Assembly (NCBI GenBank): GCA_963740355.1
Contig: CAVUDW010000002.1
Span: 608,001-672,000, forward strand
DNA from: an uncultured Gemmatimonadaceae bacterium
Lineage (GTDB): Bacteria; Gemmatimonadota; Gemmatimonadetes; Gemmatimonadales; Gemmatimonadaceae
Direction of reading: 5' to 3'
Length of the DNA: 64,000 bases
The position numbers and the translations under genes are program-made. Positions 29,524 through 38,182 of this stretch are shown here, in pieces. Position 1 is the first letter of the stretch. Each line of letters opens with the position of its first letter. The notes under the pieces are model-generated. The model was not told the origin of the DNA. It saw nothing but the letters and a program-made list of their open reading frames with translations, and ran no database searches.

Positions 29524-30486
29524 ATGTCCCGCACCACGCCATCCACACCCGGAACCGCCCGCCCACCGATCGTGGTGGTCGGCGTAGAGCAGGAATGGGC
29601 GGCCCGCTCGCTCGAGACAGTCCTCGGCCCCCGCGGCTTCGCGGTGGTTCGGGCCTATTCAGGCCGACAGACGCTCGACCTGGCCGAAGTCGCAGCCCCC
29701 GATGTCGTGCTCATCGACTCGCGATTACCCGACATGGATGGGGTGGAGGTCTGCCGCACCCTGCGCGAGGAGCGCCGGATCGGCCAGCATGTGCCGATCG
29801 TGATCACGACATCTGGGCCTGCCCCGCGTGATTTCCTGCGGGCCGCGTACATGGCCGGCGCCTGGAGTGTGTGGGAGCAGCCGATCGATGGCGAGCTGCT
29901 CCTGCTTCGACTGCAGACATGGGTAGACGCCAAGCGTGTCGTCGACGACGCCGAGCGCGTCAGTCTCGTCGATGTCGAATCGGGACTCTATACGTATCGA
30001 GGGCTGAGTCGGCGCGCGCGTGAAGTGATGGCGGATGCAGCACGTCGGCAGACCCCGGTGTCATGCATTGCCATCGGACCGATGGTGACACGCTCTCCGG
30101 CCAGCAACGATGAACTGCCGGTTCCGCCACGACTCGCCAGTGACATCGGCCGGATCGTCGCGGGCGTCGCGCGAGGCTCGGATGTGGTGGGACGCATTGG
30201 TTCGGCGGAGTTCGCGATCCTCGCGCCCATGACTGAATCATCCGGCGCCGTCGAACTGATCGAACGCCTGCGCGATCGGGTCGCCACCATGCCGCCGCTC
30301 GTCGCTGATGGACGGGCATCGCGGCTCACCCTGCGAGCCGGACTTGCGACAATCACCGATACGCGCATCGAAATGCGGGATGGCAACGAACTGCTCGTAC
30401 GCGCGTCGACCGCGCTGCGCTACGCGCAGTCATCTCGAACCAGTGATGTGCGAACCTTCGACGAGGTCCCCGCGACCTTCGTGTAG
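29524..30486 (+). CDS. Response regulator with atypical REC and degenerate GGDEF domain
   Basis: PDVVLIDSRLPDMDG; DVESGLYT; RGSDVVGRIGSAEFAIL; LLVRASTALRYAQ. Confidence 0.85.
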   Translation: MSRTTPSTPGTARPPIVVVGVEQEWAARSLETVLGPRGFAVVRAYSGRQTLDLAEVAAPDVVLIDSRLPDMDGVEVCRTLREERRIGQHVPIVITTSGPAPRDFLRAAYMAGAWSVWEQPIDGELLLLRLQTWVDAKRVVDDAERVSLVDVESGLYTYRGLSRRAREVMADAARRQTPVSCIAIGPMVTRSPASNDELPVPPRLASDIGRIVAGVARGSDVVGRIGSAEFAILAPMTESSGAVELIERLRDRVATMPPLVADGRASRLTLRAGLATITDTRIEMRDGNELLVRASTALRYAQSSRTSDVRTFDEVPATFV

Positions 30487-30546
30487 CGGGGCTTCGAGGA
30501 CCTGCGCAGCGCACTCACGGAGTCGACGCCGCGCTAGCCCTCGATC

Positions 30547-32991
30547 CTACGACGCCCGCCCGCCGTCCGCGATGCGTGGCTTCGACTTTCTCGGCAGCGG
30601 CGAAATCGGCTCATCATCGTCGCCGCCTGCATTCGACGAGTTGTAGCCTTCCAGATAGTGGTAGTACTGGAAGACACCCTTGGGTTCGATGCCGTTCAGC
30701 ACTGCACCGAGCGGCCGAATCGGCAGGCGGTCCATGGTCTCGAGCTTGGCGACGGCCATCTTCCGGTCGGTGACACCGACTCGGAGCACCATCAGCAAAC
30801 CGCCGGTGAGCGTCGCCAGTGCATAGGCATCCGTGCCGGCGCCCAGTGGCGGACTGTCGACGATCACGACATCAAAGCGCGCGCGCAAGTCATCGAGCAG
30901 CGACTCCATCGCGGCCGTCGTGACCATTTCCGGTGCCTGACGATGACGCGATCCACACGGTACGAGCGACAGTCGCTCGTAGGATGTGGCATACACCGTC
31001 TCATCGAGGGTGCTCGTGCCCTGGAGATAGTCGACCAGCCCTGGCTTCTGCGGAACGCCGAAGGCCTGCTGAATCGCGCCACGCCGCGTGTCCCCATCGA
31101 CCAGCACCGTGCGGAAGCCTGCCTCGGCGAACGACAACGCCAGGTTGGACGAGACGAAAGACTTTCCTTCTGTCGGGCCGGTACTCGTGACAGTGAACGA
31201 GACCGGCTCACCGGGTGTGAACTGGTGTCGAAGCGAGAGTCGTAATGTTCGGAAACTCTCCACCAACTGCGCTTGCTCCTCGACCGACGGACGTCCGGGG
31301 TGCACCAGCGGGATCGCGCCGATGATATCGAGTCGGAGATCGTTCGCGACCTGCTCCGGGTACCGCACCCGCTTGTCCACGAGGTCGAGCAGGATGGCGA
31401 GGCCGAGGCCGAGTGCGAGGCCAAGGCCCAATCCAGCGGGAATGATCTGCAGTGCCGTATTCGATGTCGGCTTGAACGGCGCGACGGCCGAGTCCTGCAC
31501 GAACACCTCATTCCGCGCAGACGCTTCCTTCAACCGCTGCGTTTCCAGGTTGCTCGACAGGTATTCCGTGAGCTTCTGTTCCTGCTCGACCTGTGCGCGC
31601 AACTCTTCTTCCTTGATCGTCCGCTCAGGAATTCCGCGGATTTCACCAGACTGCACCTGGATGCGACGATTGTAGTCCGCCTCCTTGAGGCTCAGCGACG
31701 CGATCTGCTGGCGGATCAAGCTCGGAATGACGGACGTCTCGAGTTGCGTGATGCGACCGCGGATCCGCACCACTTCCGGTGCGCTGTCGGTATAGACCGC
31801 GCTCTTGGCTCGATACACACTTCGCTGCTCGTTGAGCTCCTGCAGTACACCGCGGAGCGCTTCTCCGCCGGGACCCGCCACCGTGGCAAGCGAGATTGCG
31901 ACGCTGGGATCCACTTCGGCAAGGCGACCCGGTCGGAGGAGCGACTCGAGCACTTCACGATCGTTGCGCAGGTTCTGTGATTCGAGACGGAAGCGTGTGA
32001 ACTGCTCCAGCACCGGATTCTGGGTCTGCTGTACGCCCGGCGAGAGCACCGTCTGCTCGGACGGCTTGGTGATCGCGTCCACACGGAAGCGCTCGAGTGC
32101 CTGACGGGCGATCTTGAGGCGATTCTGCGCATCAGCGAGCGCCTGCTTGGCCGCATTCGCGTTCTGCGTGGCGCCGCCGTTCTTGTAGATGCCGATGTAG
32201 TTCACGAACAGCGTCATCCATTCATTCAACGCTGCTTCCGTTCGTGCGGCATCCTCGCCCCGCAACGAGACGTTCATGACGTCGGTGTTTGGCGGCGCGT
32301 CGGCGCGCAACTTCTTCTGCAGGTTGTTCGAGGCTTCACGCGGCGTGATCAGCTCGAACTCGACCGTGGCCTTGGCCGGCAGAATTTCCTTCAGGGGCCG
32401 CCACCGCATGCCGGACTCGCGCCCGATGGAGTCCCCGATGGACCCCGTTTCCACTTCACGAGAGTCACCGTGGAGCGTGCGGCGCAGCTTGTACTTCTCT
32501 TTCTTGCTGTCGATCGTGAGCTCATAGGTACCCGGCACGAACTTCTCGCCGAGCGTGAACTCGCGGAAATACACCGAATCAGCGTCGCGCTTCGGGTCGA
32601 GATAGAGCCGGAGCTTGCGCGCGACTGAGTCGATGATGGAGTACGCCTTGAAGACCTGGACGTACGACTCGTTGGATCGCTGCCGGGAATTGCCGATGAT
32701 TTCGGCACTTGGATCACGGAGCGTGACCTTCCCCTGCACATCGTACTCGGGCTTGATGTAGCGCGTTGCGATGTAGCCCCCGAGGAGGCCGAGCAGAACC
32801 ATCGCAAAGACGAGCCACTTGAATCGGCCGATGGCCGAGAGATATCGCTGATAGGCCGGGGCGGTCGCAGCCGGGGGCGGCGGCGGACCCCACTGTTCGA
32901 GCGGCTGCTGCGGGATGGCCGGCAGCGACTGCGAGGCAGAAATCGGGGCCAGTCGTGAGCCGGATGGAAGCGCGTTGAACGGTCGTGTCAT
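30547..32991 (-). CDS. wzc: Wzc-like polysaccharide co-polymerase / tyrosine autokinase
   Basis: Two TM helices flanking a coiled coil; ESFRTLR, GPTEGKS, LVDGD.RR, VIVDSPP, Tyr-rich tail QYYHY..Y. Confidence 0.93.
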   Translation of the reverse strand: MTRPFNALPSGSRLAPISASQSLPAIPQQPLEQWGPPPPPAATAPAYQRYLSAIGRFKWLVFAMVLLGLLGGYIATRYIKPEYDVQGKVTLRDPSAEIIGNSRQRSNESYVQVFKAYSIIDSVARKLRLYLDPKRDADSVYFREFTLGEKFVPGTYELTIDSKKEKYKLRRTLHGDSREVETGSIGDSIGRESGMRWRPLKEILPAKATVEFELITPREASNNLQKKLRADAPPNTDVMNVSLRGEDAARTEAALNEWMTLFVNYIGIYKNGGATQNANAAKQALADAQNRLKIARQALERFRVDAITKPSEQTVLSPGVQQTQNPVLEQFTRFRLESQNLRNDREVLESLLRPGRLAEVDPSVAISLATVAGPGGEALRGVLQELNEQRSVYRAKSAVYTDSAPEVVRIRGRITQLETSVIPSLIRQQIASLSLKEADYNRRIQVQSGEIRGIPERTIKEEELRAQVEQEQKLTEYLSSNLETQRLKEASARNEVFVQDSAVAPFKPTSNTALQIIPAGLGLGLALGLGLAILLDLVDKRVRYPEQVANDLRLDIIGAIPLVHPGRPSVEEQAQLVESFRTLRLSLRHQFTPGEPVSFTVTSTGPTEGKSFVSSNLALSFAEAGFRTVLVDGDTRRGAIQQAFGVPQKPGLVDYLQGTSTLDETVYATSYERLSLVPCGSRHRQAPEMVTTAAMESLLDDLRARFDVVIVDSPPLGAGTDAYALATLTGGLLMVLRVGVTDRKMAVAKLETMDRLPIRPLGAVLNGIEPKGVFQYYHYLEGYNSSNAGGDDDEPISPLPRKSKPRIADGGRAS

Positions 32992-33105
32992 GTCGCAGTG
33001 GGACGCACAGATGTGTTGCGGCGTCACTATACCCGGGGACTCCGGAAGGAACGCTTGGAACTACAACCCCGTCTCGGTGAAGGGGTTGCAGGACGCCGGT
33101 CAGAG

Positions 33106-33121
33106 TGCAAGAGCCGGCCCA
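33106..33121 (-). promoter_or_regulatory. Sigma-54 -24/-12 promoter for wzc
   Basis: Minus strand TGGGCCGGCTCTTGCA (TGG-N8-TTGCA). Confidence 0.7.
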
Positions 33122-33178
33122 CTCAAGCGAACGGAGCCGTGACAAATCAACGAGCGAATCGTCGAACCGCAGTATAAG

Positions 33179-33262
33179 TGCGACACCTTGTCGCAGGAAA
33201 TATACGATTGTCCCGAAACAACTGTGGCTTGTAACCAACGTGTTGCTTGACACATGCAACAC
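33179..33262. promoter_or_regulatory. Cluster of candidate activator sites in the divergent wzc / activator intergenic region
   Basis: TGCGACA-N3-TGTCGCA; TGT-N12-ACG at 33189 and 33223; GTGTTGC-N9-GCAACAC at 33240-33262. Confidence 0.55.
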
Positions 33263-33354
33263 TTCCTCGCTAGTTACGACGCCTCCGTCCATCCCAGGGC
33301 TCAGCTTGGGCAGGATACGGCTGACGTGCGCCTGAGTCGGACCACACAGGAAAG

Positions 33355-34902
33355 ATGAACTCGCCAGACCACACTTCCGCCGATCCGTCGGCCGTTCGCG
33401 ATGCCATGGCGGTGGCTCCCGAGGCTCGGGCGACGCTGCGTTTGCTGATAGTGGACGACGATCGAACCCTCCGCGAGGGATGCGCGAGCATCCTGCAGGG
33501 CGACGGATATAACGTCACGGTCACTGGTCGTGCCGACGAAGCGATGGAGCTGGTGAAGCGCCGCCGGTTCGACATCGTTCTCTGCGACCTGTACCTGACG
33601 CCGGTCTCGGGGATGGACATCCTCAAGGCAACCCTCGACGCCCACAAGGAGACGATCTTCGTGGTGATGACGGGCAATCCGTCGGTAACCTCGAGCATCG
33701 AAGCGCTCCGAGCCGGCGCGTGGGATTACCTGCCGAAGCCGTTCTCCGCCAGCCACCTCCAGATTCTGGTTGGACGCGCGTCGCACGCGGTCCTCGTGGC
33801 GCGAGAAACGCTGGCCGCGCGCACCGAGGGGGCCAACGCCAACCTCGGCGTTGGCGCGAGCTTTCAGAATGCGCACACCGGCGACAAGATCACGCTGCTT
33901 GGTCAGTCGCCTGCCTTCCGCAAGGCACTCGACCTCTCGCTGAAAGTCGCCGGCACGGATGCGTCGGTCCTGATCAGTGGTGAGAGCGGCACGGGCAAGG
34001 AGTTGATCGCGCAGTTCATTCACAGCCATAGCCGCCGCGCGGGGCGCAAGCTGGTGGCAGTGAACTGTGCGGCGTTGCCGGAGCAGCTGCTGGAAAGCGA
34101 GATGTTCGGGCACAAGAAGGGCGCGTTCACCGGTGCCGATCGCGACAAGGCCGGCCTGCTGGAAGTCGCGAATGGCGGCACGCTCTTTCTCGACGAGCTG
34201 ACCGAGATGTCGATGCCGCTGCAGGCGAAGCTGCTGCGCGTGCTGCAGGATGGTGTCGTGCGTCGCGTCGGCAGCGAACAGCAGGATGCCGTGGTGGACG
34301 TGCGCTTCATCAGCGCGATGAATCGGGATCCGCAGGAGGCCGTGGCCCAGGGCCGGTTGCGCGAGGATCTCTACTATCGGCTGCGCGTGGTGCCGATCAA
34401 GCTGCCGCCGTTGCGGCAGCGTCCCGAGGATATCTCGGTGCTGGCCGCGCACTTCCTGCACCACTTCTGGGAACGGCACCGCCAACCCGGTGAGCCGTCG
34501 CCGACTTTCAGCGAAGACGCGCAGGATTTTCTGCGCAGTCGGCCGTGGCGTGGCAACGTGCGCGAACTGCAGAACATGATCGAGCACACCGCCGTCGTTG
34601 CGGACCCGGGCAAGGCACTGCTTGGCAGTGACTTCCCTGTGTACGACGATGTCCCCGATGGGCCGGGCGGGTCGACCAGCGCGACCACGTTCGCGGGCAG
34701 CTACATGAACGACGCCTATCACGTGGCGAAGGACAAACTCGTCGCGCAGTTCGAGAAGGAATACCTGACGCGCCTGGTGTCGCGCGCTGGCGGCAACATG
34801 TCGCGTGCGGCGCGTCTCGCCGGCATCGATCGCACGACGCTGTATCGCCTGATGGAGAAGCACGAGCTGCGTCGTGATGAGTACTCCGGATCGCTGGCGT
34901 GA
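33355..34902 (+). CDS. Sigma-54-dependent response regulator (NtrC/PrsR-like)
   Basis: REC (VDDD, LCDL, YLPKP); GESGTGKE, GAFTGA, LFLDE, REDLYYRL, WRGNVREL; Fis-type HTH. Confidence 0.96.
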   Translation: MNSPDHTSADPSAVRDAMAVAPEARATLRLLIVDDDRTLREGCASILQGDGYNVTVTGRADEAMELVKRRRFDIVLCDLYLTPVSGMDILKATLDAHKETIFVVMTGNPSVTSSIEALRAGAWDYLPKPFSASHLQILVGRASHAVLVARETLAARTEGANANLGVGASFQNAHTGDKITLLGQSPAFRKALDLSLKVAGTDASVLISGESGTGKELIAQFIHSHSRRAGRKLVAVNCAALPEQLLESEMFGHKKGAFTGADRDKAGLLEVANGGTLFLDELTEMSMPLQAKLLRVLQDGVVRRVGSEQQDAVVDVRFISAMNRDPQEAVAQGRLREDLYYRLRVVPIKLPPLRQRPEDISVLAAHFLHHFWERHRQPGEPSPTFSEDAQDFLRSRPWRGNVRELQNMIEHTAVVADPGKALLGSDFPVYDDVPDGPGGSTSATTFAGSYMNDAYHVAKDKLVAQFEKEYLTRLVSRAGGNMSRAARLAGIDRTTLYRLMEKHELRRDEYSGSLA

Positions 34903-36024
34903 GCACCCCATCGCCGCGCCGCCCCACGACGCTTCGCATCGAGAAGCATCAGCCCTCGGCCAGCGCAGTCGACGCAGGAGCCATCTGGCGCAATGCACTC
35001 TCGTTGGCTGCCGACGCGGCTGCGTCTGAGCTGTCGGAGGCACGGGATGGCGGATGGCCCGTGGCGGAACTTCGTGCGGGCGCATCGTTGCTGTGCGCGG
35101 CTGCCGAGCAGGTCTTGCACGGTTCTGCCGTCGCATTCGAGAATCGGGCTCCCGCCGGCGCTGCCGAGCAAGCGGCTGATCTCCGGAATGCGACGTGCCG
35201 TCCTGTCGCAGTCAGGCGCCGGAGTACTCAGCGATGGCGACACCGTCGCCGTCCTGCGGGCAATCGAAGCTGTCGGCCTCGAGCTCGAAGACGATGCGGC
35301 GCATCGTTTTTCGTCGCGCCTGGGCGGGATGGGAGGATTGGAACTGATCGTGGATGTCGCGCACGACATGCGCTCGCCGCTTGGCTCGATTCTGTTCCTC
35401 TCCGAGCAGATCCGTCGAGGGCAGAGCGGAGCCGTCACGCCGGTGCAGGAGCGTCAGCTCGGGCTGATCTATGGTGCCGCGCTTGGCCTCAGTACTCTCG
35501 CGAGCGACGTGATGGACCTCGCGCGCGGCGGCGAAAAATTGGTGCAGCAAACTCCGCTGCCAATGTCGATTCAGCGGGTGTTTCAGGCCGTGCACGAGAT
35601 CGTGCTGCCGATGGCCGAGGAGCGCGGGCTGTCGTTGCGCTTCTGGACGCAGGTCACGGATGTTCGGGTCGGTCACTCGCAGGCGGTGCAGCGCGTGCTG
35701 CTCAATCTCGTGACGAACGCGGTCAAGTTCACCAATACGGGCGAGGTGGCGGTGAAGGCGACTGCCGTCTCGTCGACGCGCGTGCGATTCGAGGTGCGCG
35801 ATACGGGCCGCGGCATCCCGGAGGCCGTGCTCGGCACGCTATTCGACGCGTTCCGTCGCCGGCTCAAGCCGGGAGAGTACGTGTTTTCGAGTGCTGGACT
35901 GGGCCTGTCGATCTGCCAGAATCTGGTGCGGGCGATGGACAGCGAATTGCTCGTCGAGAGCGTGATCGATCGGGGGAGCACTTTCCAGTTCGAGCTCGAG
36001 ATGCCGCGGCAACCGGCGATCTGA
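34899..36024 (+). CDS. Soluble sensor histidine kinase; 1-nt frameshift near 35143
   Basis: GTG overlaps the regulator stop; VAHDMRSPL, NLVTNAVKFT, DTGRGI, GLGLSI; no TM segment. Confidence 0.85.
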
Positions 36025-36071
36025 GCTGTCCTGCCGTCAGGCAGCTGTGCGGAGATGAAGGGTCGCTGGGC

Positions 36072-36926
36072 TCAGCACTTTCTGAATACATACTCCACGC
36101 AGCCGACCGATCCATACTGCGTATTGAGGTTGGTCAGCACGAACCCTTCCTTCTGGATCGGCAGAATGATGCCCTCTGGCTTGGCGGCTTCGAACGGATA
36201 GCCTCCAAGCCAGTCGTGCCAGTCGTGCCACACCGACATCCCTCTGTTCTTTCCGTACGTGGCGATGCTGTGCCATGGTGCTCGCCCGCGAACCACGTCG
36301 GACAGAGCGCTTCGGAATGTCCACCAAGGCACGAATACGGAGGACACTACAAGCTTCCCGACAGGTCCCGAACAGTAGAATCGCTTGATGCGATGCCAGC
36401 GCTTCGACCAAACGCCTTGGTCATTGTAGATCGCAATGAAAAGCAAGCCACCATCGCGAACCATTGGAAGCACATTGCCAATCGCTTGCCACATCTGACC
36501 TGTGTGATGCAGTACACCCCAAGAGTATACGATATCGAAGCTTCCGAGAGATTTTAGGAACTCTGCGTCCAGCGCTGACCCGTGCATGATCGTCCAGCCC
36601 ACAGAACCCTGCGCGAAGCGGTCGCGCATCTCAAGCGTACACCCGACTGACGACGGGTCGTAGTCGAAGGATGTAACGTCAGCGCCAAGCCGATGGGCGG
36701 CCAGACTCGAGAGACCGCTTCCCGAGCCGACATCAAGGAATCTTACTCCCTTAAGTGTGTCCACGCCTAGCATCGATCGTAGCGCGAGGACCGACTCGGT
36801 TATACGTGCCTCATTCACCGTGCGTAGGAAGGCGCGCCAATTCTCACCGAAAGTGAATCGCTCGCCGGAGCGGACTTCAGCTGTGTGCTGTGATGCGGCA
36901 CTGCGATCGATCAAGTCGGGTTGCAT
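36072..36926 (-). CDS. Class I SAM-dependent methyltransferase
   Basis: FLDVGSGSG, FDIVYSWGVLHH, DWLGGYPFE. Confidence 0.88.
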   Translation of the reverse strand: MQPDLIDRSAASQHTAEVRSGERFTFGENWRAFLRTVNEARITESVLALRSMLGVDTLKGVRFLDVGSGSGLSSLAAHRLGADVTSFDYDPSSVGCTLEMRDRFAQGSVGWTIMHGSALDAEFLKSLGSFDIVYSWGVLHHTGQMWQAIGNVLPMVRDGGLLFIAIYNDQGVWSKRWHRIKRFYCSGPVGKLVVSSVFVPWWTFRSALSDVVRGRAPWHSIATYGKNRGMSVWHDWHDWLGGYPFEAAKPEGIILPIQKEGFVLTNLNTQYGSVGCVEYVFRKC

Positions 36927-36959
36927 CGCGTTCGTCCTGTTGGGTTGGCCGTGCAGTTT

Positions 36960-38166
36960 TTAAGCTTGTGTCATGATACGGCGTTCGACTTCCGGTGACT
37001 TTCGTCGCGCCATCCAGCGATCCCTCCATGCGAGTCCGGGTTGCTCTATGAACACGAACGTTACTGCTGCCATTAGGGCCGAGCCGATGACTGTGAGGAT
37101 GAGGCCGAGTAGGAACCCGGCCGTCGATGTCGGGGGAAAGAGAGCGTCCACCACCCGCAGGATCGTGTCTGTGGGCTCACGCAATATCAGATGATTCAGA
37201 TACATGCCGAAGGACAACCGTGCGATGTAGTACCAAATCTTCCACCGAAGAACGGCGGTCAAGAGCGAACGGTCGGCAAGAGCGATACAGAGGCCGGCTC
37301 CGTAGACGCATCCTAGTGCCAAGTAAGCAAAGACTTCTCTGTTCAGTGTTCGCAACATGATGCCCGTCAACGCAATGGCGACAGCGGCTGCAATTGCGAA
37401 TCCGGCTGGCTTCCCAGGTGTTGCCGCCACCAGCCAAGTCGGGCGCCGAAGCACAACCCACGCGACTAGCAGCCCGATTAGCAAGGGCTCGCAGTGCAGA
37501 TGGAATGCGGAGTACATCGCGGTTGAGATCTGGTGGGGATCCAGATTACCGCGAGCACTCAATTGTGCAAAGGTGACTGCTCGGCTTGCTGACACGAAAG
37601 CGAGAAGAACGAGCACGCAGACCGGCCACAACCTCTGCTGAAAGTTTCGGCGAAACACTAGATAACAGCGTTGGCATGAGGAGGTAAAACTGTTCCTCAG
37701 TTGAGAGTGACCAACTTCGTCCGTATCGAGCCTGAAAATAGTTGCTAAGCATCGCCCAGTCCGGCCAGCTGGGCGCCTTGTCGGATCCAAGCGCGAGAAA
37801 AAGCAACATCATCGCATAGTAGAGCGGCCAGATGCGCAGCCCTCTTCGCAACACAAATGCACTGACGCGTATCGTACCCGTGCGATACAGCTCGCCCCAC
37901 AGCTGTTTGCCAATCAGGAAGCCGCTGAGCACAAAGAAGAGATCAACCCCAGTCCAGCCCCAGTAGAACATGGGGAGGCGCGCGATCGAAGGCTCGAAGT
38001 GGTGCGAAATCGTGACCCATTCATAAACCCAGTGATCGCAGATCACGAGAAGCACTGCGGCTGCGCGAAGCCCGTCGAGCGCAGGCAATTGAGCAGCCGG
38101 ACGGTTGAGTAAATCGTGAATCGCGCTCTTCGGCCAGGCTCGTGCCGGATGTGTCGTAACGGACAT
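36960..38166 (-). CDS. Acyltransferase family 3 (O-acetyltransferase); frameshift near 37662
   Basis: LDGLRAAA, GVDLFFVLSGFLI, RRGLRIWPLY, WSLSTEEQFY; second frame SFGMYLNH. Confidence 0.88.
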
Positions 38167-38182
38167 CAGTCTTCAACCCTCA

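Noticed and set aside
29524..30486. Active diguanylate cyclase
   Set aside because: The GG(D/E)EF motif is GSAEF and other catalytic residues are altered.
33301..35136. Long antisense ORFs (611 aa here; also 40337-41920, 59552-61105, 61985-63500, 18082-19362 and 19518-20693)
   Set aside because: These are shadow frames opposite well-supported genes, typical of high-GC codon bias, with no motifs.
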